DNA of 64,000 nt from Bacillota bacterium (GCA_041655595.1 JBBAFB010000002.1:1-64000); one strand, 5' to 3'. Shown: positions 1 through 10,327, numbered from the stretch's first letter. The notes: generated from the letters alone by a model not told the origin. A program made the numbers and translations.

Positions 1-7
1 TAGGGAA

Positions 8-982
8 ATGGCAGAAGCTTGGGAAGAAAGAGAACTTTCCTCCCTGGCTGCTCTTAGCAAAAACAGTAAAGGCAGAGTAATACCCTTAGAGCCCTGTCAG
101 GTGCGCACCGAGTTTCAAAGGGATCGAGATCGAATTGTTCATAGCAAAAGTTTCCGGCGTTTAAAAGACAAAACCCAGGTATTTATTGCCCCAAAAGGTG
201 ATCATTATCGGACCAGGTTGACACATACCCTTGAGGTTGCCCAAATAGCCCGAACGGTTGCCAGAGCACTGAGGCTAAACGAAGACTTGGTTGAAGCAAT
301 TTCCTTAGGACATGACCTTGGACATACCCCCTTTGGCCATGCGGGGGAAACTGCCTTGGCAGCCGTGTGCCCCTGTGGCTTCACCCATAATGAACAAAGC
401 CTACGCCTGGTAGAGGAATTAGAAGAAGGCAAAGGTCTCAACCTCACCTGGGAGGTTAGGGACGGTATATTAAACCATACGGGTGATGGCTTTCCAAAGA
501 CTCTAGAGGGGCAAATTGTTCGTTTGGTTGATCGGATTGCCTATGTTAACCATGACCTTGATGATGCTATCAGGGCCGGGATAATCACTATTGCCGATTT
601 GCCCCAAAACTGCGTTAGCTTATTGGGGGAAAAGCATGGTCAGAGAATAAATACCATGGTGCAGGATTTAATAAAATACAGCCAAGAACAGCCCCTTTTA
701 ACTATGAGCGAGGAGATACAGCGGGCTACCAATGACTTGAGGGAGTTTCTGTTTGCCAAGGTTTATGTTGGCTCTCCTGCTAAGAAAGAGGAAGACAAGG
801 CAAAAAGAATGCTACAGGACTTGTTTTGGTTCTACAACGAAAATCCCGATGTTTTTAAACTGGAAGCCGAATGGAAACTAGGGCAAGATTTAAAGCGCCA
901 AATTTGTGATTATATTGCAGGTATGACAGATCGTTATGCCGTATCTAGATATGAAATGCATTTTGTTCCCAAAGGATTTTAA
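8..982 (+). CDS. dgt: dGTP triphosphohydrolase-like HD-domain phosphohydrolase (dGTPase family)
   Basis: 324-aa ORF with an HD motif (HSKSFRRLKDKTQVF...LGHDLGHTPFGH). It sits upstream of dnaG and rpoD, which is the classic Firmicute arrangement. Confidence 0.8.
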   Translation: MAEAWEERELSSLAALSKNSKGRVIPLEPCQVRTEFQRDRDRIVHSKSFRRLKDKTQVFIAPKGDHYRTRLTHTLEVAQIARTVARALRLNEDLVEAISLGHDLGHTPFGHAGETALAAVCPCGFTHNEQSLRLVEELEEGKGLNLTWEVRDGILNHTGDGFPKTLEGQIVRLVDRIAYVNHDLDDAIRAGIITIADLPQNCVSLLGEKHGQRINTMVQDLIKYSQEQPLLTMSEEIQRATNDLREFLFAKVYVGSPAKKEEDKAKRMLQDLFWFYNENPDVFKLEAEWKLGQDLKRQICDYIAGMTDRYAVSRYEMHFVPKGF

Positions 983-1003
983 TTTTTTAGGAAGCGACGA
1001 GGA

Positions 1004-1723
1004 GTGAGTTGTTTGCCCCGCCTCTATGCTATTGCTGATCTTCATTTACCCGGCGGCTTCAATAAAACCATGGATCTGTTTGGAGACAAGTGGGTAGATC
1101 ATGTAGCTAAAATCGAAGAAAACTGGCGAAGAAAAATCAAGGATGATGATTTAGTCTTAATAGCCGGCGATATTTCTTGGGCCATGAAATTAAATGAAGC
1201 TAAAGAAGACCTTGTTAAAATAAGCAGTTGGCCCGGCACAAAGATCATGATTAGAGGTAATCACGATTATTGGTGGCAGGGAATTGGCAAGGTAAGGAAA
1301 ATATTGCCCGAAGGTCTATTGGCCCTACAAAACGATTCTTACCGTTTTCAAAATTGGTTCATTTGCGGCACCAGAGGTTGGAAGACCCCTGGTAGCTATG
1401 ATTTTAAGCCGGAAGACGAAAGGATTTATTTAAGGGAATTAGAAAGATTGAAGCTTTCCCTGCAATCTAGACCGCCACTGGAAAAAGATTTAAAGACCAT
1501 AGTTATGCTGCATTACCCTCCCTTTACGGAACAGGGTGGGGCCTCGGGTTTCGTTGATTTAATGCAGGACTACCGGGTGAGTGCATGCGTTTATGGCCAC
1601 TTACATGGCCGGCTTACTTTTCGCCCAGTTCAGGGTTTAGTGGAAAAGATTAGCTACCATTTTGTAGCCTGTGACCATTTAAATTTTTCTCCTTTATTAA
1701 TTGACAACTCAAAAGGAGGGTAA
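1004..1723 (+). CDS. calcineurin-like metallophosphoesterase
   Basis: Translation carries DLHL...GDISWA...GNHDYWW...HYPP...GHLHG metallophosphoesterase motifs. Start is probably GTG/TTG, so the start coordinate is uncertain. Confidence 0.65.
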   Translation: MSCLPRLYAIADLHLPGGFNKTMDLFGDKWVDHVAKIEENWRRKIKDDDLVLIAGDISWAMKLNEAKEDLVKISSWPGTKIMIRGNHDYWWQGIGKVRKILPEGLLALQNDSYRFQNWFICGTRGWKTPGSYDFKPEDERIYLRELERLKLSLQSRPPLEKDLKTIVMLHYPPFTEQGGASGFVDLMQDYRVSACVYGHLHGRLTFRPVQGLVEKISYHFVACDHLNFSPLLIDNSKGG

Positions 1724-1970
1724 CCCTTCTTCGCTAGTCAAGCTATTCAGGTAATGACTAAATACCCGACAGAGAGTACCCTCACCCGTAGTTTTGCCAA
1801 ACTGAGAAAAATTATGCCACAATTAAAATTATCGGACTACTGAAAACTAAGTATAAGGTTTGATGTTTTCAACTTTCTTCCATGCATTCAGTTGATCAAA
1901 GCAGGGAAGTTTCTTTTTTGTAGGGATGAAAAATATTAATAATGGTTTTTTATAGAAGAGGGGAAATTCA

Positions 1971-2438
1971 ATGCGTATTTATGTTGACGGGGATGCATGC
2001 CCCGTTGCAATTATGGATATTATCCAAAAAGCAGGTATCGAAAATGATTTAAGGGTACTTTTCGTCACCAGCACGGCTCATATCAGAAACGAAGAAAAGG
2101 CTCGGGGGTATCAATTTTTAATCGTGGACCAAGAGCCGGAGGCAGTAGATTTAGCAATTGCAAATCAACTAGAAGCAGGGGACTTGGTTGTTACTCAAGA
2201 TTACGGACTGGCAGCCTTAGTTCTTGGTAAAGGTGCAAAAGCGGTAACTCCTTACGGTTTGATTTTTACTGATGAAAATATTGATTCCCTTTTAGATTGG
2301 CGCTATTTAAGCGGGGTTGAAAGGCGTAAAGGGGTAAGGGTCAGAGGAGGCATTAAGAACTTATTGCCGGAGCAATCCTTAAGGTTTCAAGAAGCATTGG
2401 AGATTGTTTTAAAAGGGGAGCCTCGGGATTCACTTTGA
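1971..2438 (+). CDS. UPF0178/YaiI family protein (DUF188)
   Basis: 155-aa ORF beginning MRIYVDGDACP, typical of the YaiI/YqxD family. This family is commonly found directly upstream of dnaG in Firmicutes. Confidence 0.6.
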   Translation: MRIYVDGDACPVAIMDIIQKAGIENDLRVLFVTSTAHIRNEEKARGYQFLIVDQEPEAVDLAIANQLEAGDLVVTQDYGLAALVLGKGAKAVTPYGLIFTDENIDSLLDWRYLSGVERRKGVRVRGGIKNLLPEQSLRFQEALEIVLKGEPRDSL

Positions 2439-2514
2439 TTTCTTTTCCGGTGGATTTGCAGGAAAGTAGAATGCTGATAGCGAAATCCTAAAAAAACTGC
2501 TTGGAGTGGTTAGA

Positions 2515-4323
2515 ATGGCCGGTGGTTTTAGTGAAGACATAATTGAAGAGATTCGGGCCAAAGTTGACTTAGCTGAACTAATAGGCGAATATGTGCACCT
2601 TCGCAAACAGGGAAATCGCTTTGTCGGTCTTTGTCCTTTCCATTCCGAGAAAACTCCTTCTTTCCATGTAACGCCGGAAAACGGGCTGTTTTACTGTTTT
2701 GGCTGCGGTACGGGCGGTGATGTTTTTTCCTTCGTGATGAAGCAGGAACATTTGGATTTTCCTCAAACAGTGGAAAAACTAGCCCAAAGAGCCGGTGTTA
2801 CTTTACAGCGTGATTTAAGCCCCGGACAACAAAAAAACCTTGATCAGCTACAAAGGCTGAGGGAACTTAACAGGGAAGCCGCTTATTATTTTTATCAAAC
2901 ATTAAGAGCCGAACCGGGCAAGGACGCTTTGGCTTATTTGGGTAGAAGGCAAGTAAAACAGAGCAGTTTAACGGAATTTGCTCTGGGTTATGCCCCGCCA
3001 AGTTATAATGAATTATATGATCATCTTGTGAGTAAAGGCTTTACTTTGGAAGAAATGGTGGAAGCCGGGCTTTTGCTGCTTAGGGATAACGGAGCAGTTA
3101 TGGGGCGTTTTCGGGATCGAATCATCTTCCCCATCACCGATACGAGGGGTAGAGTGGTGGGTTTTGGCGGGCGTCTTTTGGCACAGGGAGAACCGAAATA
3201 CCTTAACAGTCAGGAAACAAAGGTTTTTAATAAGAGGGGTTTGCTGTACGGCCTTCATCTTGCTTTGCCCGAAATAAGAAAATTGGGGCGAGTAGTATTG
3301 GTTGAGGGTTACTTGGATGTGATTGCTCTTTATCAGGCCGGGTTTAAAAATGTGGTGGCCTCTTTAGGAACCGCTTTTAGTCAGGAACATGCTGTTTTGT
3401 TGAAAAGGTACACCAGAGAGGTTGTTATTTTGTTTGATAATGACGAGGCCGGCATTAAAGCAACAGAGAGAGCAATTGATATTTTTAGGGATCAAGGCAT
3501 TAAGGTAAAAATGGCAGCTTTGCCCGAGGCCAAGGATCCTGATGATTTTATTAAGGATCATGGGGAAATCGCCCTGCAAAAAGAAATTGACAGGGCTAAA
3601 ACGATTATTCCTTATCGGTTGGAACAGTTAAAGAAACGCTACACCCTTGAAAACCCGAGCAGCAAAATAGATTTGTTGCAGGAGTTATTCCCTGATCTGG
3701 CTAAGTTAACCAGCCAAGTAGAAAGGCATGAGTATATTCGTTACCTAGCTCAAGAGTTGAAGCTGTCGGAAGCCGCGATTTGGGACGATTATCGAAGAAA
3801 ACAAGGTGAATTAAGGGTAAAACAACAGTATGTAAAGGATAAAAGTCCGGAAAAAAGGAATAATATCAAAGTAAATGTCAATTCTTTCCGAGATCCTTAT
3901 CAGAAGGCGCAAGAGGGTTTAGTTCGCCTAATTTTAAATCATCCCGAACTGGTTTTAAAAATAGAAAACAAGTTGAATTTGGAAATAATTCTGGATGAGA
4001 CTTGTAAAGGTGTTTTAACTTTGACCGGAGAATTATTTAGGAGCGCCGGTGATGAACCGATTACAGCCACCGATATTTACCATCATGCACCCGGTGAAGC
4101 TAAAGATTTAATAGCAAAGTTAACCGCGGGAGATAGCTTGCCCGTTACGGAACAGATACTTGCAGATGTCTTAAACGGGGTCCAGTTGCAACATTGGTTG
4201 TACCTGGTAGAGCTAAAACAAAAATCTATCAGGGAGGCGGAAGAAGCAAAGGATTTCTTGAAGGTGCAAAACATTTTGCAGGAAATTGATGATTTACAGC
4301 GAAAGATACATTCATTGAGATAG
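2515..4323 (+). CDS. dnaG: DNA primase
   Basis: CHC2 zinc finger (GLCPFHSEKTPSF...CFGCG) followed by a Toprim region (EGYLDVIAL...LFDNDEAG). The ATG at 2515 is preceded by the SD GGAGTGG; the ORF-track GTG at 2506 lies inside that SD. Confidence 0.9.
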   Translation: MAGGFSEDIIEEIRAKVDLAELIGEYVHLRKQGNRFVGLCPFHSEKTPSFHVTPENGLFYCFGCGTGGDVFSFVMKQEHLDFPQTVEKLAQRAGVTLQRDLSPGQQKNLDQLQRLRELNREAAYYFYQTLRAEPGKDALAYLGRRQVKQSSLTEFALGYAPPSYNELYDHLVSKGFTLEEMVEAGLLLLRDNGAVMGRFRDRIIFPITDTRGRVVGFGGRLLAQGEPKYLNSQETKVFNKRGLLYGLHLALPEIRKLGRVVLVEGYLDVIALYQAGFKNVVASLGTAFSQEHAVLLKRYTREVVILFDNDEAGIKATERAIDIFRDQGIKVKMAALPEAKDPDDFIKDHGEIALQKEIDRAKTIIPYRLEQLKKRYTLENPSSKIDLLQELFPDLAKLTSQVERHEYIRYLAQELKLSEAAIWDDYRRKQGELRVKQQYVKDKSPEKRNNIKVNVNSFRDPYQKAQEGLVRLILNHPELVLKIENKLNLEIILDETCKGVLTLTGELFRSAGDEPITATDIYHHAPGEAKDLIAKLTAGDSLPVTEQILADVLNGVQLQHWLYLVELKQKSIREAEEAKDFLKVQNILQEIDDLQRKIHSLR

Positions 4324-4372
4324 TTTATTTAAGGTTTTATCCTTGAGGATAGAATAGGAGGGGGGTAAGAAG

Positions 4373-5461
4373 GTGCAAAAAGAGGCAAATAAAATGGACA
4401 GTATTAAAGAACTAATGAAAAAAGGTAAAGAACGAGGTGTTCTCACAAATAATGAGGTCATTGAGCATTTGCATGGAATGGATGTTACTGCAGAGCAATA
4501 TGAAGAAATTCTCGAGCAGTTAAGCAGTATGGGAATTGATGTGCTTCCGGATGATTCCAGCGAAGCTGACAAGGCAAAAGATGGGGGAGCCTCTAAAGAA
4601 GATGAAATAGATCTTTCTGTACCCGAAGGTGTTGGCATTGACGACCCTGTACGGATGTACCTCAAGGAAATTGGCAGAGTACCTTTGTTAAATGCTGATC
4701 AAGAAATCGAACTGGCCAAGAGAATGGAGTTGGGAGATGAGGATGCCAAACGCTTATTGGCCGAAGCTAATTTAAGATTGGTAGTGAGCATTGCTAAAAG
4801 ATATGTGGGTAGGGGTATGCTTTTTCTGGACCTAATTCAAGAAGGGAATCTAGGTCTGCTAAAAGCGGTAGAAAAGTTTGATTATCAAAAGGGTTTCAAA
4901 TTCAGCACTTATGCAACTTGGTGGATTCGTCAAGCCATCACTAGGGCCATTGCCGATCAGGCACGAACAATCAGAATACCTGTGCACATGGTGGAAACGA
5001 TTAATAAGCTAATTCGTATTCAAAGGCAATTATTACAGGAATTGGGCAGGGAACCTACTCCGGAAGAAATAGCGGAAGAAATGGATATTACTATTGAACG
5101 GGTTAGGGAAATTATGAAAATCGCTCAGGAACCGGTTTCTTTAGAAACTCCTATCGGGGAAGAAGAAGACAGCCATTTAGGTGATTTTATAGAAGACGAG
5201 GATGCTTTGGCTCCTGCGGAAGCAGCTTCTTTTATGCTGCTGAAAGAACAGTTGGAAGAAGTGTTGGAAACTTTAACATCCAGGGAAGAAAAAGTTTTAA
5301 GGCTCCGCTTTGGTCTAGACGATGGCCGATCCCGTACCTTGGAGGAAGTGGGGCAAGAGTTTGGGGTTACCAGGGAAAGAATTCGGCAGATTGAGGCGAA
5401 GGCGTTAAGAAAACTAAGACACCCCAGCCGCAGTAAAAAACTTAAGGACTATTTGGAATAG
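4373..5461 (+). CDS. rpoD: RNA polymerase primary sigma factor (sigma-70/SigA)
   Basis: Region 2 ([44 protein letters not shown]) and region 4 ([29 protein letters not shown]) of a primary sigma factor. Start is GTG 4373 (SD AGGAGGGGGG) or ATG 4394. Confidence 0.9.
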   Translation: MQKEANKMDSIKELMKKGKERGVLTNNEVIEHLHGMDVTAEQYEEILEQLSSMGIDVLPDDSSEADKAKDGGASKEDEIDLSVPEGVGIDDPVRMYLKEIGRVPLLNADQEIELAKRMELGDEDAKRLLAEANLRLVVSIAKRYVGRGMLFLDLIQEGNLGLLKAVEKFDYQKGFKFSTYATWWIRQAITRAIADQARTIRIPVHMVETINKLIRIQRQLLQELGREPTPEEIAEEMDITIERVREIMKIAQEPVSLETPIGEEEDSHLGDFIEDEDALAPAEAASFMLLKEQLEEVLETLTSREEKVLRLRFGLDDGRSRTLEEVGQEFGVTRERIRQIEAKALRKLRHPSRSKKLKDYLE

Positions 5462-5492
5462 CTTTCAGGAAATATTTTTTCTTGCTAAGCCC

Positions 5493-5521
5493 TTGACCGT
5501 GGGGCCAATATGCCTTATAAT
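5493..5521 (+). promoter_or_regulatory. sigma-A type promoter for the tRNA cluster (TTGACC-N17-TATAAT)
   Basis: Near-consensus -35 TTGACC (5493-5498) and -10 TATAAT (5516-5521) with a 17-nt spacer, about 20 nt upstream of the first tRNA. Confidence 0.6.
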
Positions 5522-5539
5522 AGCCAATGTGAACGGCCT

Positions 5540-5614
5540 TCCTCGGTAGCTCAAAGGTGGAGCATCCGGCTGTTAACCGGAGGGTTGTAGGTTCGAATCC
5601 TACCCGGGGAGCCA
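5540..5614 (+). tRNA. tRNA-Asn (GTT)
   Basis: Cloverleaf with acceptor tcctcgg/ccgggga, anticodon loop cuGUUaa, T-loop GGTTCGAATCC and a 3' CCA. Confidence 0.85.
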
Positions 5615-5680
5615 TTATTGATAAGACAGTGACTAGTAACTACTTAGCTGCTAGTCATTTTTAACTGATAATCCTTTCGT

Positions 5681-5754
5681 GGGCCCATAGCTCAGCGGTA
5701 GAGCCGCCGGCTCATAACCGGCTGGTCCCTGGTTCGAACCCAGGTGGGCCCACC
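5681..5754 (+). tRNA. tRNA with CAT anticodon (elongator Met or lysidine-modified Ile2)
   Basis: Acceptor gggccca/tgggccc, anticodon loop cuCAUaa, T-loop GGTTCGAACC, CCA end. Met cannot be distinguished from Ile2 by eye. Confidence 0.8.
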
Positions 5755-5767
5755 ATTTATTTTACTT

Positions 5768-5842
5768 GGCCCGTTGGTCAAGCGGTCAAGACATCGGCCT
5801 TTCACGCCGGTAACGGGGGTTCGATTCCCCCACGGGTCACCA
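5768..5842 (+). tRNA. tRNA-Glu (TTC)
   Basis: Acceptor ggcccgt/acgggtc, anticodon loop cuUUCac, T-loop GGTTCGATTCC, CCA end. Confidence 0.85.
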
Positions 5843-5848
5843 TGATGC

Positions 5849-5924
<76 letters not shown>

Positions 5925-5932
5925 GGAAGATA

Positions 5933-5958
5933 AAACCACCAAAGGGTGGTTTTTTTTG
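5933..5958 (+). terminator. rho-independent terminator after the tRNA cluster
   Basis: aaccaccAAAgggtggtt hairpin followed by a run of T residues. Confidence 0.75.
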
Positions 5959-6108
5959 TAAAATTTAAAACTAACACCGGTACTATGTATCTCAATGTCT
6001 ATGTTGTCTCATATCTAAAGGGATACGGCAAAGATTTCAGCTTTTGCCTCGAACAGCGGCCTTTTTATGCAAGATTGTTTGTGGCTCGGCAAACCGGTCA
6101 AAAAGGGG

Positions 6109-6819
6109 ATGGCAGTTGTGGGCTCTTTAAAAAAAATCAAACTATCTCCCAGATTGCAGTCAGCGGCTAAGTTTGTCATTTCAGGGGAGCCGGTAGCTGA
6201 TATAGGCAGTGATCATGTTTTGCTGCCTCAATACTTAATTCAGGAAGGGTTTGTGACACAAATAGTAGCAACAGAGTTAAAAAAGGGACCGGCTGAAAAA
6301 GTAAAAAAAATAATTGATTGTTATCAACTGGAAGATAGGGTAGAATTAAGAATAGGGGATGGGCTTAAACCTTTAAAACCCGGAGAAGTAAGCTCTGTGA
6401 TTTTGGCCGGCATGGGTGCTCAAACCATAATAAAAATTTTATCGGAATCCAAATCCGTTTTGGACACCATTAAAAGGCTAGTTTTGCAGCCCATGACAGA
6501 GGTTTTTTTGTTAAGAAGGTGGCTATACCAAAATGGCTGGAAAATCATTGATGAAGACTTGGTCAAGGAGGAAAAGCGTTTTTACATAATCTTGGTTGCC
6601 GAGCAAGGCTGGGAAGCTTTGCCCTCGGAACTGCAATTACAATTGGGCACAATTCTTTTATCCAAAAGCCATCCCTTGGTAAAGGATTATATTAAAGAGC
6701 TGATAAAAAAGGAGCAAACTATCCTTTGGAAGCTGGGTAACGCTCAAACAAAAAAAGCGCAAAAAATGAGGGAGCTTTCTGAGCAAAAAATCAAGCAATT
6801 GTCGGGGGCGATAGAGTGA
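6109..6819 (+). CDS. trmK: tRNA (adenine22-N1)-methyltransferase TrmK (YqfN family), class I SAM methyltransferase
   Basis: LSPRLQSAAKFVISGEPVADIGSDHVLLPQYL...ATELKKGP matches the TrmK N-terminus. The position downstream of sigA matches B. subtilis yqfN. Start is ATG 6109 or GTG 6118 (SD AAAAGGGGA); the ORF-track start at 6067 is probably too early. Confidence 0.65.
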   Translation: MAVVGSLKKIKLSPRLQSAAKFVISGEPVADIGSDHVLLPQYLIQEGFVTQIVATELKKGPAEKVKKIIDCYQLEDRVELRIGDGLKPLKPGEVSSVILAGMGAQTIIKILSESKSVLDTIKRLVLQPMTEVFLLRRWLYQNGWKIIDEDLVKEEKRFYIILVAEQGWEALPSELQLQLGTILLSKSHPLVKDYIKELIKKEQTILWKLGNAQTKKAQKMRELSEQKIKQLSGAIE

Positions 6820-7023
6820 TAACAAGTTGTAAGCAGACAGGATACGACAAGTTAATGCCACTCCCCTTTCCTTTGGAGGGATCTTTAAATGAGACAAATT
6901 TAAAGGAAGGCTTGCTGAGGGCTGTTTATTTGCATAAAGATAATATGAATGCTTGGCTTAATCATTAGGATAGTGACTTTGTTTACTATCCTTTTATTTT
7001 TATAAAAATAAGGAGGACGGGAT

Positions 7024-7743
7024 ATGTCATTGATAGAGCTTTGGCAAAAACAACAGCTGGAAATAGAAAAAAAACAGGAAGCGAGTAAGCCTTTTAAAGA
7101 AAAGTTAAAGAAGTTAGGGGAGGAAAAGGAAGTTTTATTGGTAAAAGAGCAAGAGTTAAATGAAAAAAAACGGAAGCTATTGCAATTGCGGCAATCTGCC
7201 AAAAAAACCGAGGATCACTTGGCAGACTTGGAAAGTAAAAGGTATAAAATCACCAAGGAGCTTTACGGAGGAAATATCACTAACCCCAAGGAATTGAGCA
7301 GTTTGGAAGACAAAGGAAGAAGTTTGGATAATCAAATAAATAAATTGTTGGAATTATATCTGGAATTAGAGGAAAAGGGAGCTGTCGCCGAGAAAAATAT
7401 TAAGGGCGAAGAAGAATTATTAGCAGCAGCCAAGAGCGATTACAATCAAAAGGCTCGTCTGCTGAAAAAGGATTGGGAAGCCAGTAAAACAAAAATAGAA
7501 GCCCTTGATAATCAAATTCGACAGGTTGAAGACAAAATTTCTCCCTTATTACTGGCTAAATATAAACGGTTACAGGTTCGTTTAGGGGCAAATACCTTGG
7601 TAGAGGTGCGTAAGGGGATTTGTGTCGGTTGCGGTATCAAGCTTTCATCCTTACTATATCAGCAGCTCAGATTGGGGGAATTGGTTCAGTGCGAAAATTG
7701 CGGCCGTTTGCTAATAATTCCGGGGGAAAACCCTGAATCCTAG
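7024..7743 (+). CDS. C4-type zinc-ribbon coiled-coil protein (COG1579/DUF164-like)
   Basis: Long coiled-coil region followed by CxxC...CxxC (CVGCGIKL...CENCGRLL) at the C-terminus. Confidence 0.6.
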   Translation: MSLIELWQKQQLEIEKKQEASKPFKEKLKKLGEEKEVLLVKEQELNEKKRKLLQLRQSAKKTEDHLADLESKRYKITKELYGGNITNPKELSSLEDKGRSLDNQINKLLELYLELEEKGAVAEKNIKGEEELLAAAKSDYNQKARLLKKDWEASKTKIEALDNQIRQVEDKISPLLLAKYKRLQVRLGANTLVEVRKGICVGCGIKLSSLLYQQLRLGELVQCENCGRLLIIPGENPES

Positions 7744-7774
7744 CGGATTAGTCTGACAACAAGGAGAGGTTAGC

Positions 7775-8188
7775 ATGGAAAAGGTTACTATTTATACAGA
7801 TGGAGCCTGTAGAGGTAATCCTGGGCCGGCGGGGGCAGGCGCCTTAATTTTGGATGGTAAAGGGCAGCCAATTGCCGAAATAAGCGAGTTTTTGGGTAAT
7901 GCAACTAATAATATTGCAGAATACACTGCGCTGATCAAAGCGTTGGAAAAAACCCTAGCTTTAGGAATCCATAAGGCGGAAATCTTTACCGATAGCCAGC
8001 TTTTGGTTAAACAAGTTTTAGGCGAGTACAAGGTAAAAAATGAAGGGTTAAAAAGTCTATACCAAAGGGTAAAAGAGTTGGAACAGCAATTTGAACAATT
8101 TGCTATTAGCCATGTGCCAAGGGAGAAAAATAAATTGGCAGACAAGCTGGCAAATAAAGGTATTGATCAGGGCAATTTGGGAAGATAA
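7775..8188 (+). CDS. rnhA: ribonuclease HI
   Basis: IYTDGACRGNPGPAGAGA...EYTALIKALE...IFTDSQLLVKQ RNase H fold motifs. Confidence 0.85.
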   Translation: MEKVTIYTDGACRGNPGPAGAGALILDGKGQPIAEISEFLGNATNNIAEYTALIKALEKTLALGIHKAEIFTDSQLLVKQVLGEYKVKNEGLKSLYQRVKELEQQFEQFAISHVPREKNKLADKLANKGIDQGNLGR

Positions 8189-8208
8189 CTGTCAAGGAGA
8201 TAAATGAA

Positions 8209-9342
8209 ATGAAAACACCGCAATTAGATCAAATTCTTCAAAATGCAGTTGATGTTTTGGAGGATAGCAAGGAACAAATTTTTGAAATAGCAGAGGAAGC
8301 AAGAGAAGAATGTCTCCGATTGGAACAAGAATTAACAGAGATTAAAAGGCAAACTATTAGGATTATTGAGGAAGTGGACGCCTGCGAAAAAGAAGAAAAA
8401 AGGGCTCGGCTGAATTTATTAAAAGTTAACCGAGATACAAATAAGTATTCCGAACAGGAAATGAAGGAAGCCTACGATGCAGCCTATGAATTGCAGGTAA
8501 AATTGGCCCTGTTGAGGGACAGGGAAATTCAATTAAAAAGAAAGAGGCATGAAGTAGAATTAAGGCATGTAAACATGCAGCAAACTGCTGAAAAAGCAGA
8601 GAAATTAGTTACGCAGGTGGGAGTAGCCATGTCTTACCTAACGAGCAGTTTGCAGAATATTTGGGAGGAGATCGAAAAACTACAGCAACAGCAGCAGGTG
8701 GGCTTTGCTATTATTAAAGCACAGGAAGAGGAAAGAAGAAGGGTGGCAAGAGGCATCCATGACGGCCCTGCTCAATCCCTGGCAAATGTTGTTTTAAGAG
8801 CGGAGTATTGCGAGCAATTGATTGATAAAAAGCCCGCGGAGTTAAAGAAGGAATTGACCGACTTGAAAATTTTTGCCCGGGCTAACCTAGAGCATCTAAG
8901 AAAAATAATTTTTGATCTCAGACCGATGAATCTTGATGAATTTGGTCTGATAACAGCAATTGAAAGCTATGTCCTGGATTTTGAAATTAAAAACCAAATT
9001 CCCGTGGAAATTACAATCATCGGTGACCAGCGGACCTTTAACTCGGCAACGGAAGTAGCGGTCTTCAGAATTATTCAGGAGGCCTTGAATAATATCCTAA
9101 AACATTCCCAAGCTACTCAGGTGGAAATTATTATAGAAACCACTTCCTTAGCTTTGGCCTTTTCAATCAGAGATAACGGGGTTGGTTTCGATATAACCGA
9201 GCCTCTTGATAATGAATGCTTTGGCCTAAAAGGAATGAAAGAGTGGGTCAGCTTTTTGAAAGGGAGCTTTAAAATTAATAGCAATCCTAAAGAGGGAACA
9301 ATTATTAATGTTAAAATTCCACTGGAGGAGGAGCGGAGATGA
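8209..9342 (+). CDS. degS: sensor histidine kinase, DegS-like (HisKA_3 + HATPase_c)
   Basis: DegS-like N-terminal coiled coil, H-box RRRVARGIHDGPAQSL, and a C-terminal ATPase region (NILKHSQA...RDNGVGFD). Confidence 0.7.
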   Translation: MKTPQLDQILQNAVDVLEDSKEQIFEIAEEAREECLRLEQELTEIKRQTIRIIEEVDACEKEEKRARLNLLKVNRDTNKYSEQEMKEAYDAAYELQVKLALLRDREIQLKRKRHEVELRHVNMQQTAEKAEKLVTQVGVAMSYLTSSLQNIWEEIEKLQQQQQVGFAIIKAQEEERRRVARGIHDGPAQSLANVVLRAEYCEQLIDKKPAELKKELTDLKIFARANLEHLRKIIFDLRPMNLDEFGLITAIESYVLDFEIKNQIPVEITIIGDQRTFNSATEVAVFRIIQEALNNILKHSQATQVEIIIETTSLALAFSIRDNGVGFDITEPLDNECFGLKGMKEWVSFLKGSFKINSNPKEGTIINVKIPLEEERR

Positions 9343-9983
9343 GCAAAATTACTGTTATGGTTGTTGACGATCACCCTTTGTTACGTGAAGGCCTGATTAA
9401 GATTCTCTCCCTAGATGACTCCATTGAAGTTGTGGGGGAGGCAGGGGATGGTGAAACCAGCATTACTATGGCCGAGGCTTTACGTCCTCAAGTAATTTTG
9501 ATGGATATTAATCTGCCCGGAATGAATGGTATAGTTGCTTGTCAAAAGTTAAAACAGGAGTTGCCCGAGACGCAAATAATAATACTGACGGTTTGTGAAG
9601 AGGAAAGACAGGTTTTAGAAGTGGTAAGGGCAGGTGCTAATGGTTATTTGTTAAAAGATGTTGAACCGGAGATGTTGATTCAATCCATTAAGGATGCGGT
9701 AATGGGGAGAGCACCTTTAGATCCGAAAATCGCGGGAACAGTGCTGAACCAGTTTTCCAGAATGTCTAAAATGCTGGAAGGGGAGAAAAACCCGGTACTA
9801 ACGGAAAGAGAAAAAGAGATAATGGTTTTAATGGCTAAAGGAACGACCAACCGTCAAATTGCAGAATCCCTATTTATCAGTGAAAAGACTGTTAAAAATC
9901 ATGTTACCAACATTTTTCGCAAACTCGAAGTGGGGGGCCGTACAGAGGCCGTTGTGGAAGCTATGAAAAGGCAAATAATTTAA
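9339..9983 (+). CDS. degU: NarL/LuxR-family response regulator, DegU-like
   Basis: REC domain (VMVVDDHPLLREGL...ILMDINLPGMNG) plus a C-terminal LuxR HTH (TEREKEIMVLMAKGTTNRQIAESLFISEKTVKNH). Overlaps the kinase by 4 nt. Confidence 0.75.
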   Translation: MSKITVMVVDDHPLLREGLIKILSLDDSIEVVGEAGDGETSITMAEALRPQVILMDINLPGMNGIVACQKLKQELPETQIIILTVCEEERQVLEVVRAGANGYLLKDVEPEMLIQSIKDAVMGRAPLDPKIAGTVLNQFSRMSKMLEGEKNPVLTEREKEIMVLMAKGTTNRQIAESLFISEKTVKNHVTNIFRKLEVGGRTEAVVEAMKRQII

Positions 9984-10121
9984 AGCAGACTCTGTCGGGT
10001 TTTGCGGAAGATTGGGACCGGTCCTACTAAAAAATGTGACTATTGTCGGATTTTAAGGCTTTATGTGTTTTGGTATACTTTAACTGAGGAACATTTTTAG
10101 ACCTCCCACAATCCCTTTTTA

Positions 10122-10147
10122 CCCCACATCCGTGGGGTATTTTTTTT
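10122..10147 (+). terminator. rho-independent terminator after degU
   Basis: ccccacATCCgtgggg hairpin followed by eight T residues. Confidence 0.75.
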
Positions 10148-10226
10148 AAGATGACAAAAAGACGAAGATGACAGCAGAAGATGACAGCAGAAGATGACAG
10201 GGGAAGATGACAGGGGAAGATGACAG
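10148..10226. repeat. imperfect tandem array (~6 copies) of a 13-nt unit containing GAAGATGAC(AG)
   Basis: aagatgacaaaaagacGAAGATGACagcaGAAGATGACagcaGAAGATGACaggggAAGATGACaggggAAGATGACagggggg, lying between convergent genes. Confidence 0.9.
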
Positions 10227-10327
10227 GGGGGCGGGGGTTTTGATGCATTATTTAGATGACTGGGTATGTATCTACCCTAGGAAGGTGTTAAAACCTCCAT
10301 CCCCCCGTCATTCCAGTGAATAGATGG

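Noticed and set aside
205-447. 80-aa minus-strand ORF inside dgt
   Set aside because: Antisense to a well-supported HD-domain gene. Its Arg/Ser-rich composition is typical of a spurious frame.
10027-10248. 73-aa minus-strand ORF spanning the degU terminator and the GAAGATGAC repeat array
   Set aside because: It reads through a terminator hairpin and a tandem repeat with no SD. It is better explained as a non-coding repeat region.
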